Below, one piece after another: positions 53,060 through 63,856 of a stretch of 63,856 bases of DNA; position 1 is the stretch's first letter, and every line of letters starts with the position of its first letter. Made by a program: the position numbers and the translations under genes. Below the pieces are notes generated by a model. It had not been told where the DNA came from, ran no database searches, and was given only the letters and a program-made list of their open reading frames with translations. Source of the DNA: Aplysia californica (taxonomy: Eukaryota); the NCBI RefSeq assembly GCF_000002075.1, contig NW_004797570.1, positions 364,528 to 428,383 of the forward strand, in the 5' to 3' direction.

Positions 53060-53235
53060 TCACCATGGGTGGTTGGCGGGTGCTCTGGTGTGGTTTGCTC
53101 CTTCTTTCCTGTCAAACATCTATCGTCCCCTTCTTTTTTATGTTTGTTACTCTCTTGTAACTCCTCTAATCTTTTGGCGCTCATATGACCTTATGCAGTT
53201 GTGAGCGCCGTAAAACATCTACTAAAACTAAACTA
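53060..53235 (+). mobile_element. Retroposon 3'-end fragment (hairpin-tail family)
   Basis: Matches 63050-63230; stem GGCGCTC(53176)...GAGCGCC(53209) followed by a TAAAAC-type tail. Confidence 0.7.
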
Positions 53236-53273
53236 AATCATGTCACTTTGTCCCCAGATCTTTGCTGCTGACT

Positions 53274-56200
53274 ATGGCATCTGCATTGTGTGGGGAGGAT
53301 GGTTCTGTGAGTGACTTGCAGCTAGCACCAGGGGTAAGGACACATGTGTACTCACTTTTATTGTCGTTTTACTTTTGTGGTTTTGTTATTTCTGAAACTT
53401 ATTGAAGTTGAGAAATTCTTGTCTGATATCTGGTGCAGTCAAAGGGAAGGTCTGTTTGCCAGTTATATCTCTAAGACTTAGATGGTCTTCGTATCTCATG
53501 TGAGTTATAGGTAGGTAGTTCCCTTGTTTGTTCACAAATGATGGGATTTAGTAGAGGCTAGTTGTTTATAACTGTCTTATTCACTAGTGTTATCATTTAA
53601 TCCAGTTTGTGAGTTTGAGTAGCTTCCTCATGTGTGTGTACTGTGATCTTTATAATAGAACTTGTGAGTTGTGAGTAGCTTGCCTGAATTTTCAAGTGAT
53701 GTTGTCTAGTTACAGATTTTAGATTGGCAATCTAGTACAACTTTTAGCTCTGTTGTCACAAGTGATGCGATCTAGCTCTAGATAAATAATATCCTTAAGT
53801 ACTTGCAGCATTACTGTCTCCTTCCTCTTCCACCAACTCATAATTATTTAGTTTTGCTATATATGACTTATATGTGGCCATTAGAAATAATTCTCTGACC
53901 TTTGATCCATTAGCTGCCATCACCTGACACTTCTGATGATGAGGACATTAAAAGTTATGCAGACTATCGCATCACAGTCCCACATTTCTGCAACAAGCTG
54001 AGGGAATTGACAAGACCACTTCTGTGCCTCAGCCATGGTTTGCCGTCTCCAACTAAACAGCTTAGAGAAACTGGCAATACAAGAAACAAGGAGTCAAAGG
54101 CAAAAAAGAGGTTGTTCAAAGGTATGGTGTTTTTTCCAGTCAAAGGAATTCTATAATTCATGGTGCATTAAAAAGATCACCAGCATTATTGTTCAAGATT
54201 AAAAATAATTGCTTAAACAACTGCATGAAAAAGTATGCTATGATTATGCTGACCAATAAGTGATGGTCAAAGAAATATAGGATTTTCTTGGTTTATTTCA
54301 CTATTTTCTTTTTTTTTAAATGCACTTGTCTATCTCATTGAGTTGTTACCTTCTTTACCAAATATCTATTGTCTTTATCTCTCCTCCTTTTTTGTGTTTT
54401 GTACTCACTTGTAACACCTTTAACTCACAGGGGACTACTTATCTCGTGATATATTCCCATTGCCTGAGTATGAATCACGAGTTAACTCGTGTTGAGAATA
54501 AAAATGCAGAAAGTAGTCCAATCCAATATTCTTTCCATGTTTGATGCCATATCCGGGTACTCGATCCATTCCTTCTTCCAGTGACCCAAAGAAGAGTGAC
54601 TCTCAACGAACAAGGGTCTTTTTACAGTGAACATAGGTAACAATATAGCCAGGGCTGTATCATGGATGCTGAAAGAAATTTTTTGAAATTCTCAAGAAGG
54701 GTGTATTTTTGACAAATTGTGGGGGGAAAAAAATCCAACATAGAAGATTTTTGTTAAGTGCACTGTGTTTAGAAAGGCTGGATCTGTAAGCGTGCCAAAT
54801 TTCAGCATTGTAACCCAACTACAACACCACTTAATATTCTTTTGAAAACCCTCCAAAAACCCTGGTCCCTAGGGGTTGTGTCCGAAAATAAGGCTGGTCC
54901 TGATTGAGTTAATCTTTGGCACTTGTATAACCTAATTGTGTTGCAAATGCCATAAGATGCTTACTAAAACAAAAACTAAAGAAATGAACTTATGAATTAC
55001 TGGTACAGTATATGTTGGACTATTTGAATTTTTTTTCTCTCAGGCGGTCAAGACCCTCCCTGTGCAATCATCGAGCGGCGTTATGGATATGTTCCCAACC
55101 CAAGATGGCCCAAGCCATTTTCTGGCCACAGCTCCAGACATTTTGAACCTAAGGGTGTAAAGGGCAAGGCTGACAAAGTGCCTGGTGTCGTTTTTCGCAA
55201 GTCGTCCTCCTACTCTAGCTCCAGAGATCACTCAGGATATCGCAGGCGGGAGCAGTCCTACCAGGAGAATGATTTCCCAGAGCTGGGATCACTGGACTCA
55301 GACAAGTAAGATGAATCTATCTGATGACGAGAAGAATCTTAGCTCCTTGAAAAGATGCAAAAATGATAAATCCTTTAGCTCAGACAAATGGGATGGTGAT
55401 GAGATTATATCATGCTTATGTGCAAATTTACTTGGTGCTTTGCTGTTGGACTTTTTCAAGAGGTTTGAACTTACTGTTTTTCCTCATCAGTTGCCATAAG
55501 GCTGTAAGGTTTTCATTGTAATTTAATTTTATTAATTACTTATTTCCTTTTTGAAGCTTAAAGAGGAAATAATGTAGAGTTGTTTTGTATTTTACTGGAC
55601 CTAGCTTGTTCTTTGTTAGATTAGCTCATCTTTTATCTATTTGTGGTGGCCGAATTTTGCTATTCAAAAGGCTTTTTAATGGCTGCATTGATCGACATGA
55701 GGTTTTTGCCAAAAGATTCTTAAAAAAATTTTCAGATCATGACGCCCTTGGTTTTTTTCGTTTTGAGACAGTTTTGCTGCAAAAAGCTAAATTTCTTTAT
55801 TTTGCCGATCGCTTTTGTAGGCCGACGCTTCTGTCTCTATAATTTTAGAAAACCCGGAAGTGATATTTCGCAAGGCGCATTTTGTTTTGAGAGTATAGAT
55901 CTAGACCTAATTTTTTTGCATCTCTCAAGATTTATTGCCCATTCCAGTAGAGTGTAAATATAGTAGGCCAGTTACTTTTAATTGATATTTTAGCACTGAT
56001 CATTCCTTTCATCGAAAGGGGGCCCAGCTAGTCTTTTCTAATTTTGTTGCCTTTCTGTGTTTTGCCAGATCTACTTGCTTTAGTGAAATATGCAAATATT
56101 ATTCTACAACTACCTGTATTTTCATGTAAGACTACTATTGTGTTTTATTAGACCATTCTCTTTTCTGTCTTGCTGGATCTGCCTGACCCTTTTATCTTTT

Positions 56201-59200
56201 GTTAGACCTAAATGTGTTTTTTTTTCTGGGCCTACCGGCATGAAAAAGGACCTGTCCTGTTATTGAAATGAGAATACATAATTTTGATGTGCCCTTTTAA
56301 GTCTTGTTGATAAATGACATTGTAATGGGTGGCTGTCTGTACTTTCAAAGAAGTGATAGTTTTTTTTAATATGGAGTAAAGCAGCATTGCTAATGAAAGA
56401 TTTGATCTTGAAGACTTTCTTGTAAAACGTTTTGTCTGATACTTTAAAGATCATTTCTTGTGCGAAATCGTGTTGTATTTTACACTGAAAGCAAAAGGAG
56501 AATACATTGACTTATTTTGATTTGACCTTCCTTGCAGGTCCCAGCTGTCTAGCTTTGGTCATTCACTCAGGTCTGGTGACTCTGCAGAAGACAGAGAGCA
56601 CTCTCGTAGCCACAACAGGAGTTCTCTCCACCGGGCAGACACCAGTAGAGTGTCTAGTGGTCACAGCTCATTACTGACCTCTACTCCTGTAAAAAGAGAT
56701 GGCCGAGTCTCCTCGGACACTTACACGCCCAGTCCTATCTCAGCACATCACCGTGTCACACCCAGTCCCATAGGAGCGCAGCGTGCAGTCAGTATTGTGT
56801 CAATGAGGGAATCTGTGTCACCAGGTAGCCCTGTTGCTGTACTGAGTGATGCAAAGCCAAGTGTTGTAGGGCAGGTAGAGGCAGTTGTGTCCAGTCCTGG
56901 TCAGTCATACCGAAGACCCAGGAAGTTGTGTCCTAGCCCACTGGCTCAGGAGACTTCATGCTCTGACACTTCGCGTTCAGGTGCACCTTTGAAGTCATCT
57001 TCATGGCTGTCTGCTACGAGTGAAGAACCTGGCGATGTGAAATTTAGCCCATCTCGTGGCTCGTCCACATCCTGGTCCGATATGGTACGGAGTGATTCAG
57101 CGGGTGAGATGAGAAAAGGCACAGAGAAGGGGAGTCCTAGTCTGACATCTAGTCACAACAGTACCGGCAGTCAACCTGGAGAGATGTTGCAAAGTGGGTG
57201 TGACCCTGTAGCAGGTCAAATTCTGGCCAGTCCCACAGCCTCATCCTCTCTTGAACGGCGACATCGAAAGGGCAACCAACGCAAGTGGACACCGCTATCT
57301 GCAGCCTCCACTGAGCCTAAGCAGATGGTGGGTGTCGGCGATAAGTCTCCGTCGCAGCTAGTGAGTCAGTCTGCGTGGAGTAGAGGGACCACTAGCTCCT
57401 CATCACTACAAGGCTCTGGCTTACTGGTCAGCGGGAAGTGTCGAGATTCGCCAGCCAGTCCCCTGCAAGAGTGGCCGCACAACGCCCGGAACAGCTCTCC
57501 TTCTGTAGCAGGATATGCTGGGGCCTGGGGTCATGGGGCTGCCTCTCGTGTCACCTCCCCTCTGGCTGCCCAGAACCATGATATCAATCCTGGTGACCTG
57601 GCCACAAAGTCCCAACCAAGGGTATCCCGGGCCTCTGTTGGAGACTCTTCATCCTCTCATATGGTGTCGCAACCTTCACCTTCTGTTTCGCCCATTCCAG
57701 GGGAGGTTTTGGCTGAGCAAAGTCAAAATGAACTGCGGAGAGGCAAGGGGAAGAAAGTTGGGACTTTAAATACGATCCATGGAGACGCCAAAGAGTGCAA
57801 GCCAGTGGCTGGTTCTCAGAGGTCTGGGAAGAGAAACAGCAACAACAATAACTACAATAAAATTCAACCTCTGACACTGGAAAACTTCATTCCAAAACCT
57901 CAGAAGGGGAAGGGGAAAAATTCATTACCGAAAAATGAAAAGGATATGATCTTGTTGAAGAGTCGTTTCATGGAGGACTTGAAGGCTAACCCAACCTCAC
58001 CCCCTAAGAAGATTCAACCGTCACCTATTAAAAGACTGAGTTTTTCCGATCAGAAAGCAGATCTTCCAACCCCTTTGGGTTCTGTGTCAGTATGTGGAGA
58101 TGGTGGAGATTCCCTGGCAGGTAGTGTTGAACAGTTGAAAAGTTTGAAAAAGTTGTTGAGTGATCGTGAAGGCACAGACCGACCACTGGATGAACCTGGT
58201 GTGTGTAAAACTAATCCCAGCAAACGGAGCCAGGTGGTTCTCAAAGACAAAACAGTGAAGGAGATTGATCTAAAGCTTGTGTGTTCTCTGGAAAAGTTAA
58301 TGACAGAAGAGGCCAATGGCAAAGATGTGTTTGAAGATGAAGACGAAGGTGAAGACGACTATACACCGACAGAGACAAGCCTTTCTGAAGCTAAGCAGTT
58401 TTGGGAACTGAGGCCAGTGAAAAGCTCAAGTCCGACGTCAAAGAGGTGAGTGTTAAAGAGCTCCTCTCCTGTGATCGTTTTTGGGTCTCAGAGGTTCTGC
58501 TTATGATTAATGGGCTCACTGCTCTAAAATCCATTCATGGCTGTTGTGTTTACTGTCTGTATGTGTTTCATTGTTGTCCTGCTTGTGTGTAAAGAATTTG
58601 TTTTTGTGACCACTTCGAGTCCTGGCTCTGGGCTAATGTTGAATAAAAGACTTTATTATCCTGTTCTCCTTTAGCCAACACGCTGTGAGACTATAATCAC
58701 CATTGTTAGTAAAGTGCAGGGAAACAATAGGCAAATCATGTAAATATATGAGGAGAATAGAATGATAGGAAAATATTTTAAGTAGATTCCTGTTTGATCC
58801 AAGTGGTCTGAATTAGAGCTGTGACAATTCTGATGGCTATGTAGGACTGACCATCACCAACGTTGAACAGTGAATTGATGTCTCAGACTCCTTTCTTGTT
58901 AGATGTCACAACAAGGGAGCTGTCAGTTGTCAGTGTAAATTATGCTGTATGGAGGTTTTATTTTCATATGTACGGTTTTGGTCTTGAGTTTATGCAGTTG
59001 TTCATCTTAGTTTTGTATTTTTCAATTTTGATATTGTGCAGTTGATGCTGATCCTGTGCTTGTACAAATTCCCCAGTACGATGCATCATGAGACAGCACA
59101 CGTGGCAGGAGCTGATAAGCCTGAGCTCGCCACCTCTTGCCCGCCGATAAGTGGAAAGGTGACTATGGGCGTTGACCAGGCCCCTGTAAAGGGTGTTGAA

Positions 59201-62200
59201 GACCAAGCCAGAGTGGAGAACTGTGTTGACCAGCCTGGCATTGAGACTTATGTTGACCAGGCTAGCGTGAAGGAGGGTGATGACCAGGCCAAGGTAGAGG
59301 GGAGTGGGGAAAAGGCGTGTGTTCAGAGCAATAGTCTCCAAGCCAACAAAGAAGTCTCTGGTGACCTAGTCTTGCCCTCTTTGGTCACTTGCAAGCAACA
59401 GCTCACGAAATATGCCCGACGCTACTGCTATTTCATTGAAGGTAAGGCAGTTCCCAAGCCTTGTTTTTCTTTTATAAATGTAGATTTTCTCTGTATATGT
59501 TTCATGCACAGTTGAACCTGTTCTAACGGCACCTGTCCTAGACAAGGGGGCTCTCGTGGTCCAGAGGTACACTGTTTGTCTCTCATTCAATATGTCCCTG
59601 GTTTGAAACCTGACAGCGGCGGAATATTTTTTATGATCTGCTTACGTCTCCATTTTTTTTGAGTACTTGGTCAAAGATTTAGTTCCACCAGAAAATGCAC
59701 GTTTAACCATTTCTTTATAATATGTTGGAAGAATTTTGTAATATTTTAAGTGTGAATGTTTTTTTATTTATTATTTCTGCAACATGTACTTCACCAAAGG
59801 TTAAAAATGTGCTAGAAATTGAGTCAGCAGACTACGGTTAAAGACATTTTTCTCGAAACTTTGTTTTTACACCCTGTATTACAAAATTTGGCATATCTCT
59901 TTAAAACTACTAAAGATATTTGAAAATTTAAAAATCAGCGTGTTCAGCATTGAATTTACCCCTAGAATATGCTCCTATTTCAATATCCAAAATTTCTAAC
60001 AACTGGGGCCTTTCTCCAGGCACACACACACACACACACATATAATATACATCTGCTGATTGTACTCATTTGTTAAGAAAATGTCTTTCGCAGTTGAATC
60101 TTACTGCAGCATCTGACCGTCAGTCTGTAGTACATCCCCCAAGACCATTTGTGTACCTGTGTGCAGACTCATTTCTACCCCCAAAACCTCCCATGTGTTC
60201 CTGTGTGTGGACTTCTCTCTCATTCTTCCCCAAGACCATGTGTTTCCTATGTGTAGACTCTTCTTTTCTCCCAAACCACCCATGAGTTTCCTATGTGTAG
60301 ACTCTTCTTTTCCCCCAAACCACCCATGTGTTTCCTATGTGTAGACTCTTCTTTTCCCCCAAACCACCCATGTGTTTCCTATGTGTAGACTCCTCTCTTC
60401 CCTCAAATCACCCCCATGTGTTCATGTGTCCCCAAGACCATGTGTGTTCTGTGTGTCATCCTCAGTAATTGCTCCTGTTTTCTCCACAGAGCACCAGGTG
60501 CCAAACGTGGCTGTGGAGCTGTACTTCATCATCCAGCTGCTAACGGCTACAGAGCTTGACACAGATGCACTTAACAGAATAGGTACAAATTGTGGTGGGG
60601 TTTCGGGGGGGGGGGGGGGGGGGATGAGGAGACAGAGAAGAAAAGGTGTATTTCAGACTCATATTGAAGATTGATTGAAAGGTGATGTAGCAAGTGGGTT
60701 TGTGGCAAAAATTGAGTTTCTACTGATGCCATTTCTTCTGGCTTAACATGTCTTTTATCATTTCAAACTTAAAGATTATACCAACTCGACCTATAGATTT
60801 AAATTATCTTCTATATATGTCCATCAGACTGAAATCCAAGAAGTAACTCATTTTGTCAATGCATCTCACATATGTCAGGTAGATTTTGACGCATTTCAAA
60901 CATGGGTTGTGGCTAAAAGGTTGATTGGTTTGTTCTGCATAATGTAACTTGTAAGAATCTTGATAATGATAGCTCAGTGCAAAATTTTATGTTACAGATG
61001 TTATTGGGAATGGAACAGTATCAAGTCTGTAGTGTGATCTTTGACGTTTCAAATGACAGCAGTAGAATGAGAGTAATTTTACTCTTTGTATCTTCTCCTT
61101 TGAATGCAACTAACCTTATGAGATTAGTTTATTGACTGATTGTTTTGAATTTTATCAACAGAAAGTATATATGGCGAATGTGTGTTCTGTTCGGTCCCAA
61201 ATGGTGTTTACTTTGCTGTGAGAGTCCTGGAGCGCCTTAAGAGGTAAGGCTTAGTTCATAAGTTGCGAGGCCTTTGTGTCATTGACACATTTTCATTTTA
61301 ATAGAAAAAGTTTGCTTTTTTTTTTGTTTATCCACATTTTCGTCTGTGGTATAGTAAGTAGTTTCTCTCCTTGCCTGTAGATGATGTGATGATATTTTAT
61401 TGAGCATCTCGCCACCCAAATTGGCTTTAACAGGTAGGGTAAAAGTAGCTAGCCCCCTAAATTATGTAAATTGTGCTGATTTGGTGGTTTTAAAACATAT
61501 ATATCCTGCATTTACTTGTGAACTCTGTGTGATTTGTGACTAACTCCTTGTTCCCAGGTTGTTCCTGTCATTGGACAAAGCTTATTTGGAGCTCCTGGTT
61601 GACAACCCGAGGGTTGCCATATTTTCTCCATCCCTGCAGGCCTGTGTTGAGAGAGCACTGAAGGAGAGAGTGGTGGTCAGTTGTTCATCATTTAATCGTC
61701 TCATTTACTATATCAATATGCCTAGTTGCTATCGCAATATTTTTCAGCTTCTACTATGATAATTTATGGTGGGTGAAGCGGTTACTGTTTTAAATCTTTG
61801 ACTTCATTCATGTTTTTGTGCGACTGCAATCGGTTTTGTCGCTAAGTCCTTGGCTTCTTTCATGTTTTTGTCTGACTGTTGTTAGTTTTGTGCAAGAGTC
61901 TTGGCTTCCTTCTCATTTTTATCTGATTGTCCTGCCAGGACTATGTGGTGCCTTCCCAAATGGACCACACAAGTTTTGATCCACTACATGACGGGATCTT
62001 GAGCTTCCCTGATACCAACTATGCTCACGTGTTCAAGTGTCAACGGTAAGGAGAATAAGCTGCGTACTCATTTTATACTTTTAGGAGCGGGGGCCCAAAG
62101 AGGTTGTCTCATCTACTCTTTGTGAACATGCACAGCGCTTGCTTTGGTTTTACTCTGATTTTGTAGCCATTTCTTGCTTGCATTATTTTATTATTTTATT

Positions 62201-63856
62201 GTTGTGTGGTCCTTGCATGTTTTTAAAACATAATTGCTTGTCATTTATGTGTGTATCAGAACTGCATGTGCTGTTCTTTTGTTTTGAAAGTCAAAATGAT
62301 GGGCAGTCTTGACTCCTTTGTAATTGTATTTTCTCTTCAGATGTCAATAAAAAAATTTTTTTTTGGTCTTGATCTATGTTTCAGGGACAATTTTTATGCG
62401 TTTTACCGCCACTACCACGACACCAGTAGCGCATATGAGTTCAAGATGGAAAACCAGATCTTGTACGTGTATGACGGGAGTACGGCTGAGCAGAACTCGG
62501 TGGTGAACCTCATGCACCTGGCCAGGCTCTTCCTGGACCACATGCTGCTGGTCAGTGTGGGGAAAAGAGAGGCGGGGGAACAGACTCTGCTTACGTGTTT
62601 TCCTAAAGTTATTTGTTGTAGGATTTTGATCTTTTTTCTTTGCTATTTCTGTCTGTGACTCTTACTATTTCACGGCCCTAATTGGCCAATATTGTGTCAA
62701 TTAAAAACTCACAAATTGTATGACTTCTGTTGTGTGGATGTGATGCTGCTTACCATTGTCATTTTGTCCTCTAGTAAGTAAAAAAACCCTTTTTAACAAT
62801 TCTTTCCATTTTTTAATGCTTTATGTTGACAACATGAGGCCAGACTTTGGTAGTCAAATTTGTAAGCTTTTAGAGTATATGTATTAAATTGTTTGTTAAT
62901 CAATTTTTTTTCTTTTCCCCCAGTGCTGTGTGAAGCAAGCAGGGGAAAAGGTAGACATTTTCAAGATGATCAGAAGTAGAGGTCAAGATGAGGAGCAGTT
63001 TAACAGGTAAAGTTGACTATGCTCTATTGATCGTGCGACAAACATAAGAGAAAACGTGTGGGTGGTTGGGGGGTTCTCTGGTGTGGTTTGCTTCTTCTTT
63101 CCTATCAAACATCTATCGTCCTTATCTCCCCTTCTTCCTTTTTGTGTTTGTTACTCTCTTGTAGCTCCTCTAATCTTCTGGCGCTCATATGACCTTATGC
63201 AGTTGCGAGCGTCGTAAAATGTCTACTAAAACAAGAGAAAAAGTTGTGTGCGCATGGAAAGTCTCATTTTTGGAAGTTTACATTTGTCATAGAGGGTTTG
63301 GGGGGGGTCTTTCTTGTTTTTGGTCTTTTTGTTTAGATTGAGTGCCTTGATGGTTTAGTGTTATAGTGGGTTCACATTTGGTTATTCTATGTGTTGTTGA
63401 TTATTGTAAATTGAAATAATTTTCTGTTCAGCCGTGTATATTTTGCTGTTTGTGGATGTGCCTCTCCTTCCTTCAAGATTCAATATTTACAAATGTTTTT
63501 CTTTTCCCAGCCATTCCCATTTGCTTATCTTACTGGTTTGTGTGTTTTACTTTCTTTTCTTAAGTCAAATAGTGTCTATCAAGGCTTGGCCTTGTCATTT
63601 GGACAGCTGACTGGCAGTGATTTTTGTATATACATTGTTTATTGTTTTCTATCTTATGAAGTATTTGTTCCTGAAGTTATGAATGTATATGTGTTTTAAT
63701 TTTTGTCATAGAGCACAATGAATGATAGTCAATTGGATCAATTGTTTTGGCAGTTTGTACGCAGCCTTCATGGAACTGTTCAGTGTGACCTCAGGCTCGG
63801 CTTGCCCATCCCCGGGCTTCTCGGATCAGCAAATGTTTTTTCCAGACTTTGTAGAG
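53274..63856 (+). CDS. CDAN1: Codanin-1 (discs lost homolog), 5' part; 12 coding exons in the window, continuing beyond the end
   Basis: Exons 53274-53333, 53914-54121, 55044-55305, 56538-58445, 59077-59441, 60490-60582, 61162-61243, 61558-61675, 61939-62045, 62385-62550, 62924-63006 and 63754-end are all GT-AG and in frame. The motifs VPNVAVELYFIIQLLT, VYFAVRVLE, LDKAYLELLVDNPRVAIFSPSL, SFDPLHD..FKCQRDNFY, HLARLFLDHMLL and CPSPGFSDQQMFFPDF parallel human codanin-1 in order, from recall. The start codon is tentative. Confidence 0.88.
55629..56033 (-). repeat. Inverted copy of the 51504-51992 repeat in a CDAN1 intron
   Basis: Reverse-complement match, e.g. TTTTGTAGGCCGACGCTTCTGTCTCT and GGGGGCCCAGCTAGTC. 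Confidence 0.75.
60130..60455. repeat. Minisatellite with a unit of about 44 bp
   Basis: Unit CCCCCAAACCACCCATGTGTTTCCTATGTGTAGACTCTTCTTTT, about 7 copies, ending about 35 bp before a CDAN1 acceptor. Confidence 0.85.
63050..63230 (+). mobile_element. Retroposon 3'-end fragment (hairpin-tail family)
   Basis: Matches 53060-53235. Confidence 0.7.

Noticed and set aside
56650-58449. The 599-aa ORF as an orphan gene
   Set aside because: It is an internal CDAN1 exon (56538-58445), in frame with its neighbours.

Overview
This is eukaryotic, intron-rich, repeat-rich DNA. The most likely source is a gastropod mollusc, inferred from the GPCR subfamily, the (TCTAGA)n motifs and the mosaic CpG pattern. 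I reconstructed four protein-coding loci by hand from GT-AG sites and reading-frame continuity. (1) The last exon (TM4-TM7) of an FMRFamide-receptor-like/chemosensory rhodopsin GPCR (+, 4503-5162), with a degenerate RTE-clade LINE (601-4375, 10-bp TSD) in its upstream intron. (2) A complete 14-coding-exon MLH3 (-, 24821-8119, about 2152 aa, with a 5075-nt exon and a 24-nt microexon). (3) A complete LSM2 (+, 28339-35784, 96 aa), head-to-head with MLH3. (4) The 5' part of codanin-1/CDAN1 (+, from 53274 past the window end). The non-coding DNA holds many non-autonomous mobile elements. The most interesting unexplained structures are: a nested cluster of Mutator-like elements with 9-bp TSDs, asymmetric termini and palindrome arrays (26.9 kb and 45.5-49.9 kb); three unrelated TIR elements with 6-bp TSDs, one of which has captured its own flanking DNA; a candidate HDV-like ribozyme at the LINE 5' end; a bipartite RTE mini-element; and inverted repeats around three CDAN1 exons that would make a stop-free circRNA. 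I found no tRNA, rRNA or CRISPR array. All calls come from reading the sequence; no database search was run.
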